Assembly (NCBI GenBank): GCA_964471945.1
Contig: CAYYIJ010000002.1
Coordinates: 10,481-74,480, forward strand
DNA length: 64,000 nucleotides
Direction of reading: 5' to 3'
Origin: an uncultured Chlorobiaceae bacterium
GTDB taxonomy: Bacteria; Bacteroidota; Ignavibacteria; UBA10030; SZUA-254
Shown: positions 25,578-34,303 of the stretch, piece after piece
Layout of the letters: each line of letters starts with the position of its first letter
Position numbering within the stretch: position 1 is the first letter of the stretch
Translations under genes and position numbers: made by a program
Notes under the pieces: generated by a model
Told to the model about the DNA's origin: nothing
Seen by the model: the letters and a program-made list of their open reading frames with translations, nothing else
Databases searched by the model: none

Positions 25578-27251
25578 TTGTTGAGAGTTAGTATTAAGAT
25601 ATTAATCTTATGGCTGGCATTTGATTTTATATCATTTAGCCAAATTAGCTATTGGGGTGGTGATGTACGGTACCAATTCCAATATCATGATGTTTCTACA
25701 TCAGATATTATATCAAAATTTTATCGGCATAGTCCCAGAATATCGCTTAAGACTTCAGGATATATTTTATCCCCCTCTATAGCTTCGATAAATCTTAGCT
25801 CATCCCTATTTACAAATTTCAATCAATCACATTCTAAGAATTTTTATTTTTCTTCCAAACAAATCTCTTGCAATTATTACAATTTAAATGCTACAATTCT
25901 TCCCGAATTTTTAATAAGATTTAATATAACTGCATCTGAAAACGAAATTGAATCGAAATCCGAAACCGCGAGTTATTCTGAATATCCGTCTGATTTCAGG
26001 AACAGCCAGCAAAGAATAAACTTAAGTTCAGATAAAATTGAATTTTTACCTAACATCAGTTTATCCGTTGGCAGAAGCAGAAATTGGTCTGTCTCATCTT
26101 ATTCAAAAACTGATCAAACTCAACACGACTATTCAATATCATTATCAAGAGGAACAGGTAATTCAAACATTTCACTTTCAGGATATATGATTGAAAATTT
26201 CGAAAAATCAAGAGAATATTATAATCGTTATTACCGTATCCAGTTAAATGGCATGAAAGAAATCTCGAAAACGGGTAAGCTCAATTTTAATTCTGAACAT
26301 TATCGACACAGTTCATTTACTTTCACAAATCTTAATACAAATTACAACGACAAAGCAAGCGAACAATTGAGATATCAAACATTAATTTCAGGAAGGATTT
26401 CTGAAACCGAGGTTACTTCAAACGTTAGCTACGGACTTTCACAGTCCGTTAATTATTCATTTGAAAAACATTATCATTTGGGTTATAGTATTAACGGCGG
26501 GGGTGCAAGTGATTATTTTATTATCGATAAACCGAGTGGAGTGTTCCGAAAAATTAATACATTCGGATTAGGGAATGGGGCTACCTTTCAACACAATAGA
26601 CAGATAGGTAATTTGGGATTTGGGAACGGATTAACAATCGGTTACAGCAGACAGTTTAATCCTGACAAACAATATTCTATAAATTACGGTCTGAGCAGCT
26701 CAATTACCACCGATATCAACGGTATTGGTGTTAATGGAAACTTTGATATCGGAGGGAGCCGAACATATTTATTCTTAGAACGAGCCGAGTTTTCAAAGAA
26801 CGCAACCTTATCGCTTTCAACAAGATTGTTTGACGTAGTTTCGTCTGAAACAGTAATAGATTATCGCGACGAAAAAATAACAGAATCTGAATCATTTGAA
26901 CGCACCTTTCGGCAAATACGTATGAACCAACGGCTTCACGGTTCTGCTTATTATTACATTCCGATGAATTTAAGTTTCAGCGGCAGTGTTTTCTTGAACA
27001 TGTTTCCGAAATTAACTAAACACTATAACGCCAATTTTTCTTTCAGCAGCCCCTATTTTTTCGTCGCAAATCTATCGTTTGCATATTCAATTTCTTTTTC
27101 TTACGAACCTTTTTATCGCCGTACAATAATAGACCACACTGCTGAATTTAGATATTCGTTGAGAGCGTTGCAGTTTCATCTTAAATTGAGAGAACATAAA
27201 TACATCAACAATCGGCGGGATGTACTATTTACAATTATCCGTCCGTTTTAA
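25578..27251 (+). CDS. Hypothetical outer-membrane beta-barrel protein (porin-like).
   Basis: Signal peptide, high N/S/Y/G/T content with amphipathic beta-strand periodicity, and a C-terminal aromatic residue (…IRPF). Confidence 0.45.
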   Translation: MLRVSIKILILWLAFDFISFSQISYWGGDVRYQFQYHDVSTSDIISKFYRHSPRISLKTSGYILSPSIASINLSSSLFTNFNQSHSKNFYFSSKQISCNYYNLNATILPEFLIRFNITASENEIESKSETASYSEYPSDFRNSQQRINLSSDKIEFLPNISLSVGRSRNWSVSSYSKTDQTQHDYSISLSRGTGNSNISLSGYMIENFEKSREYYNRYYRIQLNGMKEISKTGKLNFNSEHYRHSSFTFTNLNTNYNDKASEQLRYQTLISGRISETEVTSNVSYGLSQSVNYSFEKHYHLGYSINGGGASDYFIIDKPSGVFRKINTFGLGNGATFQHNRQIGNLGFGNGLTIGYSRQFNPDKQYSINYGLSSSITTDINGIGVNGNFDIGGSRTYLFLERAEFSKNATLSLSTRLFDVVSSETVIDYRDEKITESESFERTFRQIRMNQRLHGSAYYYIPMNLSFSGSVFLNMFPKLTKHYNANFSFSSPYFFVANLSFAYSISFSYEPFYRRTIIDHTAEFRYSLRALQFHLKLREHKYINNRRDVLFTIIRPF

Positions 27252-27265
27252 TTCTTTAATAAATT

Positions 27266-29428
27266 ATGAATAAATATATAAAACCTGCAATAATTACGAT
27301 AATCGGAGTTGTATTATCAGTCTCAGCATTTATGCCTGCAGTTGATGCTCCATTTTTTAATGATGACAACGTTTACATCATAGGCAACAAAAACTTCGAC
27401 TCACCTATAAATGAAGTATGGAAATTCTTTTTTAAGCGAACAAACAATTACGAGTATTTGCCAATCCGAGATATCGTGTATCGTGTCGAGTATGAAATGT
27501 TTGGCGAGAATCCATTAGGTTATCGCATAGTTAATTATTTGTTATATATTCTTTGCTGTCATCTGGTTTACCGTGCATCCAAATTAATTGTGCAATTATT
27601 CAAACAAAAGAACTTAATCTCAGGCGAAACACTAGTTGGATGGATGCCAGCTATAATTACAATTATGTTTGCAGCGCATCCTGCACATGTCGAATCGGTG
27701 GTTTGGATTTCGAGTATGAAAGATTTGCTTTCCGGTGTGTTTATGTTTCTTGCATTGTTCTATTTCATAAAAGGTATTATAGGTGAAGCGTTAATAAAAA
27801 AGTATCTTTATTCAAGCTGGGTTTTATTTTTAGCGGCTTTGCTATCTAAATCTACTGTAATACCTCTCGTATTTATGATTTTTGTTATTGCGTCTGTCCG
27901 CTTTGGAATCAGCAGACAAAATTTTAAACAAGTATTCAAAACAACACAGCCATTTTTGATAATAGGAGTTGTGTTCCTTTTTGTTTACATGCATTTCGGT
28001 TCCGACTCGAAGATTCTTGCTGCGCCGTTTTTGTTTGGAACGCTTGAATCAGTAGTCAACAATTTTCATATTCCGATACTCATACTCGGATATCTTGTTC
28101 GTATTGCACTTATACCGATTAATTTACGGTTGATTTATGATGTAATAGATTTTGGAGCACCCTTTATTATTGCCATTGTATTCGGAGCAGTTTGCATAAT
28201 TGTCAGCATATTTGCTTTACGTTATCTCAACAGACGGCTTACACTTATAGCTTTTGGAATAATTTGGTTTACCGTTTTTACTTTGCCATACCTTCAAATT
28301 ATTCCATTCAATTCGTGGTCATTTGCAAGCGAACGGTATCTGTTCCTTTCAATCTATGGATTAGTACTCATGATTGCAGCGGTGATTATATCATTGAATA
28401 AAAAAACAGGTATGATTATTACCATCAGCATTGTTATTTTTTATCTTTCGAGTACATTTAGTTACAGTTCTATCTGGAAAACTCAGGATACACTGGTCGA
28501 AAATAATGCACGTTACAATCCCAATAATACTTCCTCACAAATGATGTATGTTGAATTAGTACTCATACCACAGAAACGGTATGGCGAAGCATTAGAAATT
28601 GCTGCCAAATCAGGGAAAACTGAAATAGATAAAGAACGCTTTGTTCGTTACATCAAAGTTTTTCAAGCTTACGATTATGAACAGTGGGATGAAATCGAAA
28701 AGCATTGCGAGTGGTTAGAAGGAATGACGGGTATGAATAGCTCGAACGGATTTTTGAACATCCTTGCTACACATTATGAGAATAAAAAAGATTTTCTAAA
28801 AGCTATTGAATATTATTACTATGCAATGGAAGGAACTTACACAAATGAAGATCGAAATGTGTACGCTCAAGTAATCGAGAGGTTGCGTCATTCATACACA
28901 CATAAGATAGACGAATTGGAATCGTTGATAAAAAAATCACCAAATCATGTAAATATGATCGGGGCTTTAGCAAATCAACAGATGCAAATATTTATGTTAG
29001 ATGAAGCCCAGACAAATTACGCTAAGGTGCTGCGGCTTGATCCGGAAAACAAAATAGCACATTATAATCTTGGCTTGCTGTTACGTAAAAAGGGTGAGCA
29101 GCAATTGTCGGTTGAATATTTACAGCGTGCAATCGATTTAGGATTTACAAATGCGATGGTGTTTAACAACTTGGCAATCGGTTACAAAAATATTGATGAA
29201 GCGGTAAAAGCGGAAGAAATATTTTTAAAAGCCATCGAGGTTGACGAAAATTACTGGTATGCTTTATTTAATTTAGCCAAGTTGTATGCTGTACGCGAGA
29301 AAAATGACAAAGCTGTCGAGTATTTTCTAAAAGCTCGAAGGATAGTAATCGAACAAGGTTTATCGCCTGATAATATTGATACATATTTATCGGTTATAAA
29401 CAAATCTCAAAGACCGGAAAAAGAATGA
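27266..29428 (+). CDS. Polytopic membrane protein with PMT/ArnT-like glycosyltransferase-fold N-terminus and C-terminal TPR repeats.
   Basis: About 11 TM helices in the first 400 aa and TPR-like repeats in the last 250 aa; architecture typical of DUF2723/PMT_2-TPR proteins. Confidence 0.5.
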   Translation: MNKYIKPAIITIIGVVLSVSAFMPAVDAPFFNDDNVYIIGNKNFDSPINEVWKFFFKRTNNYEYLPIRDIVYRVEYEMFGENPLGYRIVNYLLYILCCHLVYRASKLIVQLFKQKNLISGETLVGWMPAIITIMFAAHPAHVESVVWISSMKDLLSGVFMFLALFYFIKGIIGEALIKKYLYSSWVLFLAALLSKSTVIPLVFMIFVIASVRFGISRQNFKQVFKTTQPFLIIGVVFLFVYMHFGSDSKILAAPFLFGTLESVVNNFHIPILILGYLVRIALIPINLRLIYDVIDFGAPFIIAIVFGAVCIIVSIFALRYLNRRLTLIAFGIIWFTVFTLPYLQIIPFNSWSFASERYLFLSIYGLVLMIAAVIISLNKKTGMIITISIVIFYLSSTFSYSSIWKTQDTLVENNARYNPNNTSSQMMYVELVLIPQKRYGEALEIAAKSGKTEIDKERFVRYIKVFQAYDYEQWDEIEKHCEWLEGMTGMNSSNGFLNILATHYENKKDFLKAIEYYYYAMEGTYTNEDRNVYAQVIERLRHSYTHKIDELESLIKKSPNHVNMIGALANQQMQIFMLDEAQTNYAKVLRLDPENKIAHYNLGLLLRKKGEQQLSVEYLQRAIDLGFTNAMVFNNLAIGYKNIDEAVKAEEIFLKAIEVDENYWYALFNLAKLYAVREKNDKAVEYFLKARRIVIEQGLSPDNIDTYLSVINKSQRPEKE

Positions 29429-29470
29429 TTGATTTCCTCTCTGCAAAATCCCTTGCCAGAGAGACGAGGG

Positions 29471-29487
29471 TTGGAACTGCTGCTGCA
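29471..29487 (+). promoter_or_regulatory. Candidate sigma-54 promoter TGGAAC-N5-CTGCA upstream of the second NHL gene, preceded by a strong inverted repeat at 29437..29462.
   Basis: GG-N10-GC spacing is correct; this is a weaker match than the one at 21531. Confidence 0.3.
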
Positions 29488-29545
29488 AAGTGGCATTCCA
29501 ATCCTCACTGTATTATATTAATATAGCAACAAAGAAACCGATTGT

Positions 29546-30553
29546 ATGCAATGGTTTAAGAATACATATTATTTAATCTTCATCCTTCTTATTCTCATAA
29601 GAATAGAATTCGCTTTTGCCCAGAGTGAGGGTAAAAAATTGGTTTGGCCCCCCCAACCTCAGAAGGCACGCATACAACATCTTCAGACGATCAGCTCGTT
29701 GAAAGATATAGAGAAAGAACCTTCCTTTTTTGCCAAGTTATTAAAATGGGCTTTCGGTGGCGCTACAACGTCAAAATGGTTAGTCCAACCTGTGGGTATT
29801 GCCGTTTCAGAGAATGGAAAAATTTTTGTAGCCGACCCAGGTTCAAAAGCAGTACACGTTATAGATTTGGAAGAGAGTACACACGGATATTTACTCGAAT
29901 ACGAAAACGATAAATTAATTTCACCCGTCGGTTTAGCAATGTCCGAAGGCGGGTTATTATACGTATCCGATTCAGAGAAAGGCGAGATTTTTGTAGTGGA
30001 TGCAAAATTAAAACTGAAATTTCGGATTAAAGAAAAACTTATCCGACCTACTGGTATGGTCATAATAAACAACAAATTGTATGTCGTCGACACAGGGCAG
30101 CACAAAATAGTTGTTTTTAATTTGAAAGGTGAGTATTTGAGCGAATTTGGTTCACGGGGGGCGGGTGAATGTGAGTTTAATTTTCCTATAACTATAACCG
30201 CGAAAAACAACTATCTGTATGTAGTTGACGCGTTAAACTATCGAATACAAATATTTGACCTCGAAGGTAAATACATTTCCTCGTTCGGCGAGCTTGGGAA
30301 TGCGGCGGGCTTTTTTTCAAGCCCCAAAGCTATCGCTATCGATTCAGACTCAAATATTTATGTTACAGACGCAATGTTTGATAACTTCCAGATATTTAAT
30401 CAGAAAGGTGAACTGCTGTTATTGATTGGGAAATCCGGAGCTGTCGCCGGATTGTTCAGCAGTCCTAACGGAATTTTTATAGATAAATCAGATAAAATTT
30501 ACGTTGTTGATACGTTCAATAAAAGAGTACAAATTTTTAAATACATAAAATGA
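29546..30553 (+). CDS. NHL-repeat beta-propeller protein (paralog of 23649..24662).
   Basis: Signal peptide plus six NHL repeats. Shares blocks with the first NHL protein (YRIQIFDLEGKYI, NFQIFN). Confidence 0.75.
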   Translation: MQWFKNTYYLIFILLILIRIEFAFAQSEGKKLVWPPQPQKARIQHLQTISSLKDIEKEPSFFAKLLKWAFGGATTSKWLVQPVGIAVSENGKIFVADPGSKAVHVIDLEESTHGYLLEYENDKLISPVGLAMSEGGLLYVSDSEKGEIFVVDAKLKLKFRIKEKLIRPTGMVIINNKLYVVDTGQHKIVVFNLKGEYLSEFGSRGAGECEFNFPITITAKNNYLYVVDALNYRIQIFDLEGKYISSFGELGNAAGFFSSPKAIAIDSDSNIYVTDAMFDNFQIFNQKGELLLLIGKSGAVAGLFSSPNGIFIDKSDKIYVVDTFNKRVQIFKYIK

Positions 30554-32433
30554 TACCACGACTGTATATATTCATAACCATTGCGTTAACTGTTAGTTTT
30601 GCAACAACAGCATTTGCACAAACGAGAATTATTGATACAAAACATAATTTAAGCGTCAGCGGCACAGGCACAGTAAAAGCATTGACCGAAAGACAAACCT
30701 GTGTGTTCTGTCACACACCTCACAGCCCAAAACCAAACTCTCAGTTGTGGAATCGGCAGGATCCTGTTGGCGACTATGTTTTATATTCGAGTGAATATTT
30801 GACGAATAAAAATTATCCAAGTCCAAGCCAGCCGAATGCAGTTTCAAAACGCTGTCTTTCCTGCCACGACGGCACGATAGCGCTTGGCGCAGTTTATAAT
30901 GTTTCTCCCAGTTCAATCACGATGTCGGGTGGAATAACTACAATGCCCGAAGCATCAATTGGATACATAGGAACTTCACTCGCCGACGATCACCCTGTGG
31001 GTTATAATTATGACCCGATAGCGGATCCTGAACTCGTCGCACGTTCATTTCCATGGAATACGAGAGTAAAATTGGATCCAGATGCATCGAATGGTACTGT
31101 TGAATGCCACACCTGTCATGATGCACACGATAACCAACACGGGAATTTTTTAAGAATGTCTAATAACAATGCAGAACTGTGCAACTTTTGTCATAACAAA
31201 ACAAACTGGAATTCGTCAGCACATCGGATATCTAATCAAGCCCTTACTCCTCCGGGTTCAAGCGCTACAACAGTTGGAGAGTGGGGATGTCGTAATTGTC
31301 ATAAATCGCACAGCGGCGCTGGAAAGCCCTATCTTCGACCCCTAGTTGAAGAAAATAATTGCTTTACACCGGGTTGCCACGGCAGTTTCTTAAAAGGTAA
31401 CAACACAAAAGACATCCAAACTACTTACTCGAAAATTTTTACCCACCCAACTATAACAGTTAGCGGTAAACATCTCAATCCCGATAACGCTGGAAGTCTT
31501 AACATTCCAAACCGACACGCTGAGTGCGAAGATTGCCACAATTCACATCAAGCAAAGAAAGGACTTCATACTAAGAGGACCAATCAAGTATCGAATGTTT
31601 TGATCGGAGTAAGAGGTGTTACGCCGCCCAACGCCGATATATGGACGCAACCCAATCAGTCAAATTATACAATTGAATATCCATCTATGCAGGAAAACCA
31701 GATTTGTTTTAAATGCCATTCGTCGTATGCTTTTGGAATTGTTCCCAATGGCGTAACGACTATTATTGGTCCTTCGGGTACAAACTTAACGGACCAAGCA
31801 ATGGAATTTAATCCAGCAAACAAATCGGCACATCCGGTACGAGTAACTTCCGATAATTTCTTCGGCTCATCATATCCAAGAGCATTAACAACTTATCAGA
31901 TGCATGATGATTGGAATCAAGTTGGCAATCAATCGATGTATTGTTCGGATTGTCATGGAAATAACCAACAGACATCTGATATGATTCCACAAGGTCCGCA
32001 TGGCTCGGACCGAAAATTTATGCTCACAGGGAAAGCTGGTTATTGGCCCACAAACGCTTTTAATATTTTATGGTCGCTTGACGATATTAAAAACAATAAA
32101 AATAACTGGCAGAATGATCTTTTCTGTACAAATTGCCATCCTGTTTTCAGTGAAGGAAATTTTAAAAATAAAGTACACGCCACTAATGTTCACCAGAGCA
32201 GTGAAGTAAAATGTATAACCTGTCATGTTGTAGTGCCTCATGGGTCAAAGCATTCAAGATTGATCGGATATGAAACTGATGTTATACCATACAATTATAT
32301 GGGCAGCGGAATATTTGATAAACTGGTAATTACTAATTTTCAGAAATCATCGGGTCCTGTTGCTTATGAAAAAAATAACTGTTCTATGAATGGAATTTGT
32401 CATGATTCTCCAGAAGGTTTTTATCGAAAATAA
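30550..32433 (+). CDS. Large multiheme c-type cytochrome (about 10-11 heme sites).
   Basis: Signal peptide plus ten or more CxxCH motifs and one CxxxxCH-like site; 4-nt overlap with the upstream NHL gene. Confidence 0.8.
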   Translation: MIPRLYIFITIALTVSFATTAFAQTRIIDTKHNLSVSGTGTVKALTERQTCVFCHTPHSPKPNSQLWNRQDPVGDYVLYSSEYLTNKNYPSPSQPNAVSKRCLSCHDGTIALGAVYNVSPSSITMSGGITTMPEASIGYIGTSLADDHPVGYNYDPIADPELVARSFPWNTRVKLDPDASNGTVECHTCHDAHDNQHGNFLRMSNNNAELCNFCHNKTNWNSSAHRISNQALTPPGSSATTVGEWGCRNCHKSHSGAGKPYLRPLVEENNCFTPGCHGSFLKGNNTKDIQTTYSKIFTHPTITVSGKHLNPDNAGSLNIPNRHAECEDCHNSHQAKKGLHTKRTNQVSNVLIGVRGVTPPNADIWTQPNQSNYTIEYPSMQENQICFKCHSSYAFGIVPNGVTTIIGPSGTNLTDQAMEFNPANKSAHPVRVTSDNFFGSSYPRALTTYQMHDDWNQVGNQSMYCSDCHGNNQQTSDMIPQGPHGSDRKFMLTGKAGYWPTNAFNILWSLDDIKNNKNNWQNDLFCTNCHPVFSEGNFKNKVHATNVHQSSEVKCITCHVVVPHGSKHSRLIGYETDVIPYNYMGSGIFDKLVITNFQKSSGPVAYEKNNCSMNGICHDSPEGFYRK

Positions 32434-32559
32434 TTCTTTAAAAACAGGTAAATTACCCCCAAAAATAAAGGATAAAATGGATAAAACAAGATTTTACTTG
32501 ATATTGTGCATTGACAAGTTTATATTTAATATTAGAATAGGATAATTTAAATAATAGCA

Positions 32560-32676
32560 ATGATACTTACATTAGAAGAAAAATTATCAATTTCATTTTG
32601 GTGGTTAGTAGCGTTAGGCATAACAGGGTATTTATGCCTCGGAATTGCCAATACGGTCGTGGTAATTCTCCAGTAA
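32560..32676 (+). CDS. Candidate small membrane peptide (38 aa, single TM helix), absent from the ORF track because it is under 60 aa.
   Basis: ATG...TAA ORF MILTLEEKLSISFWWLVALGITGYLCLGIANTVVVILQ, preceded by a TTGACA-16-TAGAAT promoter-like sequence. Confidence 0.3.
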   Translation: MILTLEEKLSISFWWLVALGITGYLCLGIANTVVVILQ

Positions 32677-32741
32677 TCTACCTATACGGTATAGATCCTA
32701 ATCCATCGTTTAATTTCCTGATAAAGGAAAATGAGATCATA

Positions 32742-33329
32742 TTAATATTTTTGATTGTACAATTCCTTTACTCCCTCTTTGCCAAGAACGTAATCAAATT
32801 CCATGGCACATACCTCAAAAATAGTTAACCTCCCGTCCAGATTAATTATATGACAAGGTTTACCATTTTCAAGCTCAACCTCGTCGATCAATAAAACATT
32901 TTTTTCAATCGTAAGCGGGTAAGCAATACAGTAAAACGGTTTAAGTGAAAATTGATTCAAGCCTTCAGCAATACAAGCTTTCTGAAGTGTGCAAAGCCCT
33001 GCATTATCAAGGAATACACAACCATAATCAAACACTTGTGTCCCTACTGATCTCCCCGATGGAAAATCTGTATCACTTACTTCAATTTTTTCAAACCATA
33101 ACTGCGGATTGTGTTCCTGATGTGGCTCCATGTATCTACGAATCATCTCAGCGTTAGCAAGAATCTTATCGCTCTCGGAAATATCGACAAACACACCCCA
33201 CCGACAGCATGCACCTTTGCAGCTTTTAACATCACAACCAGATGTAAAGCGAAGATTAAAAATGTTCTCATCAATTTTCAGTTCAGGAATGTGAGCAAGA
33301 TGATGTATCCGAAGAATTTTTTTATTCAT
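32742..33329 (-). CDS. DUF3109-family protein.
   Basis: Cys-rich motif CKGACCRWGV. I trimmed to MNKKIL..., the Met that follows an AT-rich leader. Confidence 0.5.
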   Translation of the reverse strand: MNKKILRIHHLAHIPELKIDENIFNLRFTSGCDVKSCKGACCRWGVFVDISESDKILANAEMIRRYMEPHQEHNPQLWFEKIEVSDTDFPSGRSVGTQVFDYGCVFLDNAGLCTLQKACIAEGLNQFSLKPFYCIAYPLTIEKNVLLIDEVELENGKPCHIINLDGRLTIFEVCAMEFDYVLGKEGVKELYNQKY

Positions 33330-33467
33330 AGTATATGAAGTTACCTCTTTAATCAAGAAAATACAAACGAGGGTGGAAGGGAATATCGAAGATATTGAAA
33401 ATTTGGATTTACTTTTGTATAATCTATAAATTAAATCATTAACCCATTCTGGTAACGAGAAAATACA

Positions 33468-34223
33468 ATGAGTTTGATTATACACCGTCTACGCAAGATT
33501 GTTCGAAACATGCCCAGTTTATTTCTTGGTCACAATATTTATGTCGACACTAACAAACTACGACTAATTGACCGTGTGTTTCGATGTGTTCAACCTTCTG
33601 CGATGTCATTTGCAGATTTAGGCGGGGTGTGGAAAGTGAATGGCGCATACTCCCTTTATGCGCTGAAGAAGCATTCCTTAGATCGAGGTATACTCGTTGA
33701 TACCGATTTTCCTGACGGTCTTTTTGAAAAACTTTCGAGGATACCTCGGCTTCACCTTATCAAAGGTAACTTTGCCAATGCAGATGTTGTCCACTGTATT
33801 GGAATGATCGATGTAGTCTTTTTCTTCGATGTGCTGGTCCATCAAGCTAATCCATCATGGGATGCCATTTTGTCGATTTACGCAGAAATAGCTCCCTGCT
33901 TGGTGATTTACAACCAACAATATGTGTTCGGCAATCAGTCGGTACGCCTTACCGATCTGCCGATAGAGAAATACATGTCAATAACCTCAAGAAGACGTGA
34001 AGAATTCTGCAGATATGTCTACGCACACGCAGATGAAATACACCCAACCTACGGAAAGCCATGGCGCGATGTACATAATATATTCCAGTGGGGAATTACT
34101 GATCAGGATATTCGTACTAAAATGGCTGAGTTGAGTTTTCGTGAGGTTTACTTTCAGAACTGTGGGAGATTCTCAAATCTTGAGGCATTCGAGAACCATG
34201 CTTTCATTTTTGTTCGTGATTGA
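33468..34223 (+). CDS. Hypothetical protein; class-I SAM-dependent methyltransferase-like.
   Basis: Motif-II-like DVVFFFDVLVH and a Rossmann-like pattern; a weak assignment. Confidence 0.4.
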   Translation: MSLIIHRLRKIVRNMPSLFLGHNIYVDTNKLRLIDRVFRCVQPSAMSFADLGGVWKVNGAYSLYALKKHSLDRGILVDTDFPDGLFEKLSRIPRLHLIKGNFANADVVHCIGMIDVVFFFDVLVHQANPSWDAILSIYAEIAPCLVIYNQQYVFGNQSVRLTDLPIEKYMSITSRRREEFCRYVYAHADEIHPTYGKPWRDVHNIFQWGITDQDIRTKMAELSFREVYFQNCGRFSNLEAFENHAFIFVRD

Positions 34224-34236
34224 TTTGGACGCTAAT

Positions 34237-34275
34237 CATTACATAAAAAATGGGATGCTGCCGAGGGGGTAGCAT
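34237..34275 (-). terminator. Rho-independent terminator for the protease gene.
   Basis: GGGATGCT-N11-AGCATCCC hairpin followed on the minus strand by a T-tract (plus-strand cataaaaaatg). Confidence 0.55.
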
Positions 34276-34303
34276 CCCATCTAAGCGTTCTATAATTGAA
34301 GAG

